Sequence record: SRR31156797_5435
Length of the DNA: 42,834 nucleotides
Reading direction: 5' to 3' (one strand)
Positions 27,392-37,474 of the stretch are shown here, in pieces (the stretch's first letter is position 1; every line of letters starts with the position of its first letter). The notes below the pieces were generated by a model. It was not told the DNA's origin and made no database searches. It was given only the letters and a program-made list of their open reading frames with translations. Position numbers and translations under genes: made by a program.

Positions 27392-28516
27392 CTACTGATC
27401 GTCAGATGTTTGCCATAAAGGCAGTACGATATTTTCATAGGTCAGAGGATCGAGATTTGTGACGGTGATTCCCAAAAGACGAATGCCTTTTTCAAGACCT
27501 AAAATCTCTTCCCAAATGAGACTGGCTTCCGAAAATAACTGTTCTTTTTTATGAACGTAAATCGGCAAAGTCACTCGTTTAGTGATCGTAGAGTAATCAC
27601 TGTAACGGACTTTCAACACGACTGTTTTGCCATGTTTCTGTGTGCGCTTTAGTGATCTCTCAACTTCTTCTGCGATGGCGCGTAATTGACTTAAGACTTG
27701 TTCTTCACTCGTTAATGGATTGCCGTATGTATGCTCCTTACCGACTGATTTTCGTTCTCTGGTCACACTGACTGGTGAATCATGGATTCCTCTAACTTTG
27801 CGATACAAAGAATACCCCATTTTGCCAAATTCGCGGATCAACGCCATCTCACTCCAAGCGTATAGATCTGCTCCTGTAAAAATGCCTAACTCATGCATCC
27901 TGGGGACAGTTTTCTTCCCGATCCCATGAAATTTATCGATGGGTAGTTGTTGTAAAAAGGCCACTGCCTCATCCGGCATCACCACTGTTAACCCTCGTGG
28001 TTTATGATAATCCGAGGACAATTTTGCCAAAAACTTGTTGTAACTGACGCCTGCCGAACAAGTCAAATGGGTCTCATGCCAGATGTCTCGCTGAATCAGA
28101 CGAGCGATCTTAATTGCTGAAGGACAGTTGATTTTGTTCACTGTGACGTCCAGATACGCTTCATCAATTGAAACTGGTTCGATGATGTCGGTGTATCGGT
28201 GAAAAATTTCTCTGACTTGCTGGGACACTTCACGATACTTTTGATGATTCCCCGGTTTAAAAATCGCTTGCGGACAAAGCTCGTAGGCTTTTTGTGCGCT
28301 CATTGCCGAATGGATGCCATATTGTCGCGCCTTATAATTCGCTGTCGTGACCACTCCTCGGCCGCCGGTATCACTTGGGTGACGGGCAATGACAAGGGGA
28401 TGCTTGGCCAGCTCAGGATCATCCCGTTCTTCCACCGAAGCAAAAAAAGCATCCATATCAATATGAATAATTTTGCGGCTCGTATCATTTTTTAAGGGAA
28501 ATTGCAGTTCCGACAT
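27392..28516 (-). CDS. dinB: DNA polymerase IV (Y family)
   Basis: IIHIDMDAFFASVE, SIDEAYLD, NKFLAKL..D..KP, little-finger RKSVGKEHT. Confidence 0.96.
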   Translation of the reverse strand: MSELQFPLKNDTSRKIIHIDMDAFFASVEERDDPELAKHPLVIARHPSDTGGRGVVTTANYKARQYGIHSAMSAQKAYELCPQAIFKPGNHQKYREVSQQVREIFHRYTDIIEPVSIDEAYLDVTVNKINCPSAIKIARLIQRDIWHETHLTCSAGVSYNKFLAKLSSDYHKPRGLTVVMPDEAVAFLQQLPIDKFHGIGKKTVPRMHELGIFTGADLYAWSEMALIREFGKMGYSLYRKVRGIHDSPVSVTRERKSVGKEHTYGNPLTSEEQVLSQLRAIAEEVERSLKRTQKHGKTVVLKVRYSDYSTITKRVTLPIYVHKKEQLFSEASLIWEEILGLEKGIRLLGITVTNLDPLTYENIVLPLWQTSDDQ

Positions 28517-28536
28517 CGTTGCTCACCTCGCTTCTT

Positions 28537-28565
28537 ATTATAAACGAACAGAAGTTCCCTATCAA
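28537..28565 (-). promoter_or_regulatory. dinB sigma-A promoter with a LexA (Cheo) box in the spacer
   Basis: TTGATA (28565-28560), 17 bp, TATAAT (28542-28537); CGAAC-AGAA-GTTC at 28545-28557. Confidence 0.85.
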
Positions 28566-28666
28566 GCAAGGAATCAAGACAAAGACGCAAAAAGGACCAA
28601 TTTTCATTGGCCCTTCCCTATACGTTCGCTACTTTTGCTGCACGGTTCATGACCCAAGAAGTTCTG

Positions 28667-29008
28667 CTATAAGGCAGCTTCTCCTCGTTCATTGGTGCGA
28701 ATCCGAATCGCTTCTTCCAAAGGGTAGACGAATATTTTGCCATCACCGACTTCATCTGTCCGACAGATCGATACAATCAGCTCAATCACGGCATCGACTT
28801 TTTCATCTGCCAAAACAAAGCGGACATTTACTTTCGGTAAGAGAGTCGTGATCACTTCTTGGCCACGAATAAACTCTTTTAACCCTTTTTGATTGCCACA
28901 CCCGAGAACTTGACTGACCGTCATCCCACTGATCAGATCCGATTGATCCAAAGCGGCTTTTAGCTCCTCTAATTTTTCTTGGCGAATAATCGCTTCAACT
29001 TTTTTCAT
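28667..29008 (-). CDS. glnK: P-II nitrogen regulatory protein
   Basis: [18 protein letters not shown]..., [21 protein letters not shown]; directly downstream of amtB. Confidence 0.93.
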   Translation of the reverse strand: MKKVEAIIRQEKLEELKAALDQSDLISGMTVSQVLGCGNQKGLKEFIRGQEVITTLLPKVNVRFVLADEKVDAVIELIVSICRTDEVGDGKIFVYPLEEAIRIRTNERGEAAL

Positions 29009-29024
29009 GACTGCTCCTCCACTC

Positions 29025-30242
29025 TTAAGAATCTAACCCCATAAAGGTAGGATAGGCCGTTTCATCATGTTCGATCCGATCCATCCCCACCGCTTCTTCT
29101 TGCTGAGATACGCGAATCGGCATCACCCATTTGATCAAGGTAATTATGACAAAGGATAGGATACCAGCGAACAAAATCGTAAATACGATACTTTCGGCTT
29201 GTGCGATAAAAAGATCAACACCGCCATAAAGCAATCCTGAATGTCCACCAACAGCGGGATCGGCAAAGATCCCGGTCATCAAACCACCGAAGATTCCGCC
29301 TACCCCGTGACAACCAAAGGCATCCAATGCATCATCTAACCCTAATCGATGTTTGATGACGGAAATAAAGAAGTAACAAAACGGACTGACTAAAGCGCCA
29401 ATGATAAAGGAAGACCAAAGGGAGACAAACCCCGCCCCTGGTGTGATGGCAACTAAGCCCACCACTGCACCTGTACAAGCACCGACGATTGTCGGTTTTC
29501 CCACGACGATTTTTTCGATCAGCATCCAAGAAAGCATCGCACTGGCTGCTGCTGTATTCGTGGTCATTAGGGCGTGGATCGCTAGACCATCAGCTGCTAA
29601 CGCAGAGCCAGCATTAAAGCCAAACCAGCCAAACCATAAAAGACCGGCACCTAGTACAACAAAGGGAATATTATGAGGACGATATTCGGTTTGATGAAAT
29701 TCTCGTCGCTTACCGACAACGATCGCTAAGACTAGCCCACTGATTCCCGAACTGATGTGAACGACATTGCCTCCTGCAAAGTCGATCGAGCCGATCGCAT
29801 CTAAGAAGCCACCGCCCCACACCATATGCGCCATTGGAAAATACACGAAAACCAGCCAGAAGCCAATAAATAGAAAAATAGCAGAGAACCGCATTCTTCC
29901 AACGACTGATCCAGTGATAATCGCCGTTGTGATCAAAGCAAACATCATTTGAAAGGCAGCAAACAACCCTTCTGGAATTCCCTCTCCTTCTGACATCGAA
30001 ACATGATTGAAAAAGACTTTGTCTAAATTGCCAATAAATGATCCTGTCCCGCTAAAGGATAATGTATACCCTAGAGCGACCCAGAGGACGGACGCCAAGC
30101 CCATCGTACAAATCACCATCATCATGGTATTGAGGATGTTTTTGCGTCGTTCCAATCCTCCATAAAAAAATGCCAATGCTGGAGTCATTAGAAAAACCAT
30201 ACCGCTACAAATTAAAATAAATGCAATATTCCCTGTATCCAT
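29025..30242 (-). CDS. amtB: Ammonium transporter
   Basis: [49 protein letters not shown]. Confidence 0.96.
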   Translation of the reverse strand: MDTGNIAFILICSGMVFLMTPALAFFYGGLERRKNILNTMMMVICTMGLASVLWVALGYTLSFSGTGSFIGNLDKVFFNHVSMSEGEGIPEGLFAAFQMMFALITTAIITGSVVGRMRFSAIFLFIGFWLVFVYFPMAHMVWGGGFLDAIGSIDFAGGNVVHISSGISGLVLAIVVGKRREFHQTEYRPHNIPFVVLGAGLLWFGWFGFNAGSALAADGLAIHALMTTNTAAASAMLSWMLIEKIVVGKPTIVGACTGAVVGLVAITPGAGFVSLWSSFIIGALVSPFCYFFISVIKHRLGLDDALDAFGCHGVGGIFGGLMTGIFADPAVGGHSGLLYGGVDLFIAQAESIVFTILFAGILSFVIITLIKWVMPIRVSQQEEAVGMDRIEHDETAYPTFMGLDS

Positions 30243-30264
30243 TTTACACGCCTCCCTTTCTATA

Positions 30265-30281
30265 TGTTAGCTATCCTAACA
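30265..30281. promoter_or_regulatory. GlnR box 1
   Basis: TGTTA-GCTATCC-TAACA matches TGTNA-N7-TNACA. Confidence 0.85.
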
Positions 30282-30349
30282 CCATATTTTCGAATAATCT
30301 AGATTTTTCTGAGAAAAACATGAATTTTCTGAAAATAGCTGACTTTATA

Positions 30350-30366
30350 TGTTAGGTAATATCACA
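30350..30366. promoter_or_regulatory. GlnR box 2
   Basis: TGTTA-GGTAATA-TCACA matches TGTNA-N7-TNACA. Confidence 0.85.
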
Positions 30367-30384
30367 TAAGCGAGCGTGTGGCAC

Positions 30385-30412
30385 AAAAAAATACCGAGAG
30401 AAGTCTCGGTAT
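30385..30412 (-). terminator. Terminator after rsmI
   Basis: ATACCGAGA/TCTCGGTAT stem with an A-run on the left. Confidence 0.75.
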
Positions 30413-30414
30413 GA

Positions 30415-31275
30415 TTACTCTTCTATTTGGTGATACGCTTGATAGACAAGCTGTTTCTTTACTTGATTACGTTTAGCCACTTCTTTGATTGCTTCTTTTG
30501 AGGACATTTCGGCCTCTTCCATCAAGGCAGCTACTTGTTCTGCGTAACTTCCTTCATAAACAATTTCATGTATTTCAGAAGAGCCTTCCACCAACAGACA
30601 GCATTCTCCTTTGATTGGCTGCTGCTCTAAATAGTCGATCAATTCAGAAAAGGTCCCTCGCAAGTATTCTTCATGGATTTTTGTCAATTCTCGGCAAATG
30701 ACTGCCTGACGTTCACCAAATACCTCTAGCATTGTTTCAATCGTCGCTGCGATTCGATAGGGTGACTCATAAAAAATCATCGTTGCTTTCTGGGTCGCTA
30801 ATTCACTCAAGGCTTGTTTTTGTTCTTTTTTCTTACGAGGTAAAAAGCCATAAAAAAGATTTGGTTGCGGCGATAAGCCTGAAGCAATCAACGCTGTCAA
30901 ACCTGCCGTAGGTCCCGGAAGCGCAATCACCGCGATTCCTTCAGCTAGACAGGCCTTGACTAATTCATGCCCCGGATCACTGATGGAGGGCATACCAGCA
31001 TCGCTGCATTGGGCAATGGTCTTGCCCATCTGCAGCTGTTCTACCAAATGCGGAACTCGCTCTTTATAATTGTGTTCATGTAAGCTTTTTTGCGGTGTCG
31101 AGATCTCAAAATGATTCAACAATTTCTGGGTATTGCGAGTATCTTCACTTGCAATCAGGTCCGCTTCTTTTAAAATTTTGACACAACGGACCGTCATATC
31201 TTCCAAGTTCCCGATCGGTGTCGGAACAAGATACAGTTTTCCAGTGTCTTGTTTATAACTTTGTTGCTTTTGCAT
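30415..31275 (-). CDS. rsmI: 16S rRNA C1402 2'-O-methyltransferase
   Basis: LYLVPTPIGNLEDM, EDTR, SDAGMPSISDPG, FYESPYR, RELTKIHEE. Confidence 0.96.
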   Translation of the reverse strand: MQKQQSYKQDTGKLYLVPTPIGNLEDMTVRCVKILKEADLIASEDTRNTQKLLNHFEISTPQKSLHEHNYKERVPHLVEQLQMGKTIAQCSDAGMPSISDPGHELVKACLAEGIAVIALPGPTAGLTALIASGLSPQPNLFYGFLPRKKKEQKQALSELATQKATMIFYESPYRIAATIETMLEVFGERQAVICRELTKIHEEYLRGTFSELIDYLEQQPIKGECCLLVEGSSEIHEIVYEGSYAEQVAALMEEAEMSSKEAIKEVAKRNQVKKQLVYQAYHQIEE

Positions 31276-31349
31276 GTACTGCTCCTTTCGAAAAAAAGAC
31301 CAGTGGAAACTGATCTTTTTTCTAACGAACCTATTAGACTGTCAGTCAG

Positions 31350-31703
31350 TTATTTGCCGCTTTCACGATAGATCACTTCTAGACAAAATGCACAAGGTTC
31401 ATCATGTTCTCTGCGAGAACCGTATAAGTCATAACAAACATGAAATCCTTCTTCGTAAATCTTTTCTAAATTCATTCGTGATTTAGAAAGTTCTTGTTTG
31501 ACCGATTCAGCGGGTGCATCTGCCACTTGGTTCAACTCACGAATGTGTTCACGTAAGCGTTGATTTTCCAATTCTAATGTCGTATTTTTTTCGACGATTT
31601 CTTGCAAAGACTGCTTCATTTCCGCTAGATTATTTAAGGAATTTTGCAACTCCGATTCTAACTGATTCAATCCGTCATATATTGATCGTTTGTCCATGCT
31701 CAT
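31350..31703 (-). CDS. yabA: DNA replication initiation control protein YabA
   Basis: Coiled coil LELENQRLRE; C-terminal Zn motif YEEGFHVC...CAFCL. Start position uncertain. Confidence 0.92.
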   Translation of the reverse strand: MSMDKRSIYDGLNQLESELQNSLNNLAEMKQSLQEIVEKNTTLELENQRLREHIRELNQVADAPAESVKQELSKSRMNLEKIYEEGFHVCYDLYGSRREHDEPCAFCLEVIYRESGK

Positions 31704-31716
31704 TATGGTCACCTAC

Positions 31717-32517
31717 TTATTTTGTCACTAGTTCTTCATAATCATATTCGATTGGTGTTTGCCGATCATGCAAACGGACTTTGATCACTCGGCTCAACAG
31801 ATCCAGCCCAACCACACGTCCTTTGCCATCTGGCGTTTCAACTTCCTTGCCGCGATCCGGCAATTCTTTTTTCGCCCGCTCATATTCTTCACTTTCATAC
31901 TTAAGACAGCACATCAAACGACCGCATAATCCTGAGATTTTCGCAGGATTCAAGGAAAGTCCTTGATCTTTAGCCATCTTGATGGATACAGGGATAAAAT
32001 CCCCTAAAAACGTCGCACAGCATAGTTTGCGACCACAGGGCCCAACTCCGCCTAGTGCCTTCGCTTCATCCCTGACACCGATTTGGCGCAGTTCAATCCG
32101 GGTATGAAATTCACTTGCCAAGTCTTTGACTAATTCGCGAAAGTCAACACGGCTTTCTGCAGTAAACGAAAAAATCAGTTTTGTCCGCTCAAAGGTATAG
32201 GCTACTCGAATCAGTTTCATTGGCAACTGATGTGCGCGGATTTTTTCTTTTCCAATTTTTAACGCTTCATCTGCCGCCTTTTGATTGGCTGCTGCCTGTT
32301 CCAAATCTTTCTTCGTCGCCCGACGTAAGATAGGTTTGACTACCTGAGGCAAATCGCTCTCATTCATTTCTCTGCTTTTGGTGACGACTGTGGCAAGACA
32401 TTTAGCATCTTGTGATTCCACGATGACTTGGTCATTTATAGTATAGGTCTGTTTTTTCGGTGTGTAAAAATAAATCTGGCCTACGTCATGATAACGCACT
32501 CCGACAACTTCGATCAT
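31717..32517 (-). CDS. ricT: RicT/YaaT (PSP1 domain) protein
   Basis: RVDFRELVKDLA, ELRQIGVRDEAK..GG.GPCGR.LCC, KISGLCGRLMCCL. Confidence 0.93.
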   Translation of the reverse strand: MIEVVGVRYHDVGQIYFYTPKKQTYTINDQVIVESQDAKCLATVVTKSREMNESDLPQVVKPILRRATKKDLEQAAANQKAADEALKIGKEKIRAHQLPMKLIRVAYTFERTKLIFSFTAESRVDFRELVKDLASEFHTRIELRQIGVRDEAKALGGVGPCGRKLCCATFLGDFIPVSIKMAKDQGLSLNPAKISGLCGRLMCCLKYESEEYERAKKELPDRGKEVETPDGKGRVVGLDLLSRVIKVRLHDRQTPIEYDYEELVTK

Positions 32518-32546
32518 CTCTGGTCTCCTTTTCCGGCTGCTGCGTT

Positions 32547-33479
32547 TTATCCATAGATGATTTTCACGGAAAATTGTTCTGCCACACCTTGGAAAGACAC
32601 ATTGGCTTGCAACTTTTTTTGTGCTTGCAATGCGGCTTCAATGGCACGATTGATCTCTTTTCCCCATAAACCTTGCCCCAACAATCGATCCCGCTCCTCT
32701 TGAAAGTAAAATAACAAGAGCAAAAAGATTTCTGATTGCTGATTTTTTTCTTTTGCTAGACCCAATAATTTTTTCTGAACAAAAATAAATGCTTGCGGGT
32801 CTTTCTTCAAAAGGTAATTCACCCAACGCTTAACAGCATCCTTAGTTTCATTAAACCATTCATCTTGCGAGATTTCAACTGCTTTATGATAACTATTGGT
32901 CAAGTGGCTTAGAAGTCGGCTTGTCTCTTTAGAAAGTCCCTCTTCTTGTAACTTTTCTTGCAGTTTTTCTTTTGACAAAGGAGAGAAATGAATGATCTGA
33001 CAGCGAGACTGGATGGTTGGCAAAATACGACCAAGGCTCTCCGTTTCTAAGATCGCCAGAAAGTTTCCCACTGGTTCTTCTAAAAACTTTAGTAAACTGT
33101 TGGCAGCGCTGTTGTTCATTTTGTCAGCTTGAGACAAAATAAAGATTTTCAAACGGCTTTCAAAGCCGCTTTTTGAGAACTCCTCTTGCAGCTGTCGAAT
33201 CTGGTCGACTTTGATCATCTGCCCATCAGGTTCAATTTGGATAACGTCAGGATGCTCTCCTTGGGCGATCCGTAGACAATTGCTGCATGCACCACATGGC
33301 GCTTCTTCTTGTACATTGGCACAAAAAAGGCGTTTTGCGAGCCATAGACTTAGTTCATGCTTGCCAGTCCCCTTGTCCCCTTCAAAAAGATAAGCATGAG
33401 CAATGCGCCCATGCTTGATACTTTTTTTTAGTTGGGCAAAAACAAGAGGCTGGTATTCTTGTAGAAATAACTCCTCCAT
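32547..33479 (-). CDS. holB: DNA polymerase III subunit delta'
   Basis: HAYLFEG, CGACSNC, HPDV, ANSLLKFLEEP, TIQSRC. Confidence 0.95.
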   Translation of the reverse strand: MEELFLQEYQPLVFAQLKKSIKHGRIAHAYLFEGDKGTGKHELSLWLAKRLFCANVQEEAPCGACSNCLRIAQGEHPDVIQIEPDGQMIKVDQIRQLQEEFSKSGFESRLKIFILSQADKMNNSAANSLLKFLEEPVGNFLAILETESLGRILPTIQSRCQIIHFSPLSKEKLQEKLQEEGLSKETSRLLSHLTNSYHKAVEISQDEWFNETKDAVKRWVNYLLKKDPQAFIFVQKKLLGLAKEKNQQSEIFLLLLFYFQEERDRLLGQGLWGKEINRAIEAALQAQKKLQANVSFQGVAEQFSVKIIYG

Positions 33480-33493
33480 GAAATGCTCCTTTT

Positions 33494-33841
<348 letters not shown>

Positions 33842-33855
33842 TTATCCAACCTACC

Positions 33856-34503
33856 CTAGATTGATTTGAAGTAAGCAGGATACGATTCAACGATTGCTGA
33901 ATAGCTGGATTCAACAACTTCTTGTAACCCCATTCTAGCATCAATCTTATGAATGCGTACAGGATTTTCTTCCGCTAGCTTTAGATACGCATGACGAACC
34001 CGTTGATGAAACTCCAATCCTTCCGAATCTAGTCGGTCATATTGATGTGCACGATTTTCTTGGATGCGACGCAAGCCAGTATCAGAGTCAACATCTAGAT
34101 ACAAGGTAAAATCAGGGGTCGTTCCTTCCGTCGCAAACTCGTTGATCCGTGCGATCTCAGGAATCCCGATGCGACGTCCAGCTCCTTGATAGGCAAGCGA
34201 ACTGTCAACAAAGCGGTCACAGATCACGATGTGTCCGGCGTTCAATGCCGGCAGGACAACCTCAATCAAGTGTTGGCGGCGTGCCGCTGCATAAAGTAAG
34301 GCTTCGGTCCGCTCATCCATTTCTTCATTTCGCGGATCTAAAATAATTTTACGAATTTTTTCAGCGATTTTAACTCCGCCAGGTTCTCTTGTTTTAACGA
34401 TTTTTCTTGTTGCTTCAAGCTGTAACCGAGGATACAATTCTTCGATCACACTGGTTTTTCCAGCACCATCCGGTCCTTCGATGGTTATAAACAATCCATT
34501 CAC
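33856..34503 (-). CDS. tmk: Thymidylate kinase
   Basis: FITIEGPDGAGKT, TREPGG, DRFVDSSLAYQG. GTG 34503 with SD GGAGG. Confidence 0.96.
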   Translation of the reverse strand: MNGLFITIEGPDGAGKTSVIEELYPRLQLEATRKIVKTREPGGVKIAEKIRKIILDPRNEEMDERTEALLYAAARRQHLIEVVLPALNAGHIVICDRFVDSSLAYQGAGRRIGIPEIARINEFATEGTTPDFTLYLDVDSDTGLRRIQENRAHQYDRLDSEGLEFHQRVRHAYLKLAEENPVRIHKIDARMGLQEVVESSYSAIVESYPAYFKSI

Positions 34504-34523
34504 CCTAATTGCCTCCAATATCT

Positions 34524-35120
34524 TTATAATTCTCGGCGACCTTCTACTGCTTTTAGCAAGGTCACTTCATCCGCGTATTCAATATCGCTGCCCACAGATA
34601 AGCCATGAGCCAAACGCGTGACTTTAATACCGGCAGGCTTGATCAAACGCGACATATACATCGCCGTCGCTTCGCCTTCCGTGGTCGCATTGGTCGCAAT
34701 GATCACTTCTTTGACCTGATCATCATGCAGCCGCTGTATCAGGGATGCAATGTTGATATCTTCTGGACCTGTCCCTTCCATCGGGGATAACACGCCATGC
34801 AGCACATGATAAAGTCCATGATACTCGCGGACTTTTTCTAATGCCATGACATCTTTAGGCTCTTCAACTACTAAAATCGTTTCTTTGTCTCTTGTGGGAT
34901 CACTGCAGATTTCACAAGGATCTTCTTCCGTTATATTTCCGCAAATACTGCAAAAGTGCAAATCTCGTTTAACACTAAGCAACGATTTAGCAAACTCATT
35001 GACGACTTCTTCTTTCATATCAATCGTATAAAATGCCAAACGTGTTGCGGTTTTTTGTCCAATTCCCGGCAGTTTCATGTAACTGTCGATCAATCGGGCG
35101 ATCGGTTCAGGATATTGCAC
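34524..35120 (-). CDS. recR: Recombination mediator RecR
   Basis: [19 protein letters not shown]...CEIC, TOPRIM motif EGEATA. GTG 35120 chosen for SD spacing. Confidence 0.96.
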   Translation of the reverse strand: MQYPEPIARLIDSYMKLPGIGQKTATRLAFYTIDMKEEVVNEFAKSLLSVKRDLHFCSICGNITEEDPCEICSDPTRDKETILVVEEPKDVMALEKVREYHGLYHVLHGVLSPMEGTGPEDINIASLIQRLHDDQVKEVIIATNATTEGEATAMYMSRLIKPAGIKVTRLAHGLSVGSDIEYADEVTLLKAVEGRREL

Positions 35121-35134
35121 CGTCATTTCTCCTT

Positions 35135-35449
35135 TTATAGACCCGGAATGTTTCTTGTATATTTGCCCATTGTTTGTTCCGATTCTTTTTCAATTTTCTT
35201 TAATCCGTCATTGATGGCTAAAATGATCATATCTTGCAGCATTTCCACATCGTCAGCATCAACGATTGCTTCATTGATAGCAATGTCTTGTAACGTCTTA
35301 TCGCCAGTAAAGGTCGCTTTGACATAGCCATTTGTCGATTCGCCGATAAATTCTTTGCTGTTTAGTGCTTCTTGTTCTTTCATCATTTCTTTTTGCATTT
35401 TTTGCATTTGTTTCATCATGCCTTGCATATTTCCCATGCCTCGCATCAT
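35135..35449 (-). CDS. ybaB: YbaB/EbfC nucleoid-associated protein
   Basis: [22 protein letters not shown]; located between dnaX and recR. Confidence 0.93.
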   Translation of the reverse strand: MMRGMGNMQGMMKQMQKMQKEMMKEQEALNSKEFIGESTNGYVKATFTGDKTLQDIAINEAIVDADDVEMLQDMIILAINDGLKKIEKESEQTMGKYTRNIPGL

Positions 35450-35469
35450 TATTCATCACTCCATGTTCA

Positions 35470-37191
35470 TTAATTTTCTTCAATGCTGGTTAATTCACCA
35501 AATAACTCTTGCGCTTTTGTTACTAAGTCATCATTTTCTGGTTCGACAGGAGCGGCTTCGGTCTCTTCTTGCTCTACTTCAATTTCTGACTCTTCCGTTG
35601 CTTGACCGCCAGCCAAAAACTCTTGTCGTAGCGTCGGCCAACTTTCTTTTGTAATAAAGACAGCCTGTGGGGCGTAGTCTTTGATCATACGGGACAATTG
35701 ATTATGGATCATCAATTGAAACTCTTGGTCGTTACTTGCTCGCTGACATAAGATCTCATAGTCAAAAGCGATCACGACGCCCGATTCGCTGGCAGCTTTT
35801 GCTTCACTGGAGTGCAGCATAGCTCTTTGCGTCACGGAAAGAGACATCAAAAGATCGTCCCAAACATTACGAACATTTGCCAAGTCTTTCTTCGTTGCAC
35901 TTTTCAGCACTTGGAACACGCGTTCCTTTGGTAAACGGAACGTAGTGGTCGCCTTGGTTTTCTTCACTGGCGCGGTGGTTTCAGCAACGGCACCCGTCGG
36001 TCGATTCTCTTGCAGTCGTTGCACCTCTGCCTGAAGTTTTTGCAGTGCTTGACGTAACTGCGCCACTTCTTGACTATTGTCAGCTGAATTGCTGGCAACA
36101 GCAGCACTTTCTGGATCATTGGCTAATTTGACCACAGCCACTTCCAAATAGATCGTAGGATTGTTCGTAAATCGTACTTCATTTTGCGTATCGTTTAAGA
36201 CCGTGATCCAGTGATAGATTTTTGCTGGCGGGGTAATTTTTGCCAGTGTTTGAAACGCTTCAGTCAACTGCAGAGACTTTTCAGATAGCAGCTGCGGCGC
36301 TTGTTGATACATCAGCAAGTCTCGACAATAAACCAACAAGTTTTCCAATAAACGGCGGGCTTCTTTACCAGAGGCTAATAACTCCCGCAAGGTCGCTAAC
36401 GCATCGGCAACTTCTTTTTCCCCACAAGCCTGCATCAGACGGTCCATCATTTCATAGGACAAGCTGCCCGTCACTTCTAAAGCATCTTGGGTCGTTACGG
36501 TTCCATCACTAAAAGCGATCGCCTGGTCGGTGATACTCAAGGCATCCCGCATACCGCCTTCTGCGGCTCGCGCAATGATCTGTAAAGCTTCTGCTTCGTA
36601 ATTGATCTCGCTAGTAGTAAGGACCGTTTCCAAATGACCCACGATGTCTTGCGTATTGATCCGTTTGAAATCAAATCGTTGGGTTCGGGAAATAATCGTT
36701 GCTGGAATCTTATGGGGCTCTGTTGTTGCCAAAATAAAGACAACATTTTTCCGTGGTTCTTCCAATGTTTTTAGTAATGCATTAAATGCGCCTGTTGACA
36801 GCATGTGCACTTCATCAATGATATAAACTTTGTATTCTGCTTGGGTCGGTGCATAGTTCGCACGATCACGAATAAAGCGAATTTCTTCTACACCGTTGTT
36901 ACTTGCCGCATCGATTTCGATCACGTCTTCTTGCGTTCCTGCTGTGATTGAGCGACACATGTCACACTCATTGCAAGGCTCGCCATTGACTTGGTTCGGA
37001 CAATTGATGGCTTTGGCAAAAATTTTCGCTGCACTTGTTTTCCCGGTTCCTCGAGGGCCCGTAAACAAGTAAGCATGCGAGATTTGATTTTGATCGATTG
37101 CATTTTTTAAGGTTTGGGTAATTGCTTTTTGTCCGACAACATCATCAAAACGCTGAGAACGCCAAACACGATATAATGCTTGATAGGCCAT
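35470..37191 (-). CDS. dnaX: DNA polymerase III subunit gamma/tau
   Basis: YQALYRVWR, GPRGTGKT, EIDAASN, DEVHML, SRTQ, GGMRDA. Start could alternatively be GTG 37203. Confidence 0.97.
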   Translation of the reverse strand: MAYQALYRVWRSQRFDDVVGQKAITQTLKNAIDQNQISHAYLFTGPRGTGKTSAAKIFAKAINCPNQVNGEPCNECDMCRSITAGTQEDVIEIDAASNNGVEEIRFIRDRANYAPTQAEYKVYIIDEVHMLSTGAFNALLKTLEEPRKNVVFILATTEPHKIPATIISRTQRFDFKRINTQDIVGHLETVLTTSEINYEAEALQIIARAAEGGMRDALSITDQAIAFSDGTVTTQDALEVTGSLSYEMMDRLMQACGEKEVADALATLRELLASGKEARRLLENLLVYCRDLLMYQQAPQLLSEKSLQLTEAFQTLAKITPPAKIYHWITVLNDTQNEVRFTNNPTIYLEVAVVKLANDPESAAVASNSADNSQEVAQLRQALQKLQAEVQRLQENRPTGAVAETTAPVKKTKATTTFRLPKERVFQVLKSATKKDLANVRNVWDDLLMSLSVTQRAMLHSSEAKAASESGVVIAFDYEILCQRASNDQEFQLMIHNQLSRMIKDYAPQAVFITKESWPTLRQEFLAGGQATEESEIEVEQEETEAAPVEPENDDLVTKAQELFGELTSIEEN

Positions 37192-37415
37192 AGTTTTCCA
37201 CACTCATTTCAAAATTCGCTACCTTCTATTATACGTAATATCAGCTAAAAAAACCACCGTTTGCGTGGTGGAATCTCAAAAGAAATGGAAATTTAATTCG
37301 AAGAGCCATTCCGCGCGCTTTCACTCACTATATCCTTTTATTCCTCCCTATTTTCAAGAAAAAAGACCATTCCTCTTCTCCAACTTTAGACTGATAACGT
37401 AAATCTCACCTCCTA

Positions 37416-37424
37416 TGGTATAAT
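37416..37424 (+). promoter_or_regulatory. Extended -10 promoter for the SPFH operon
   Basis: TG-G-TATAAT about 50 bp upstream of the ATG. Confidence 0.55.
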
Positions 37425-37474
37425 GAATCTACGTTCATCTATTGTGATGAAAACAATTTAAAGGAGGACTGAAA

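Noticed and set aside
28519-28851. 110-aa plus-strand ORF and the many other short antisense ORFs in the track
   Set aside because: They are shadows of well-supported genes on the opposite strand or frame, without SD or motifs.
35470-37191. Programmed frameshift in dnaX producing a gamma subunit
   Set aside because: I saw no A-AAA-AAG slippery site with a downstream hairpin, and no long A-run, at the expected position.
37204-37474. SRP RNA (scr/ffs), which precedes dnaX in Bacillus
   Set aside because: No SRP domain IV motif (GNRA loop with CAGG/AGCAG) is visible on either strand.
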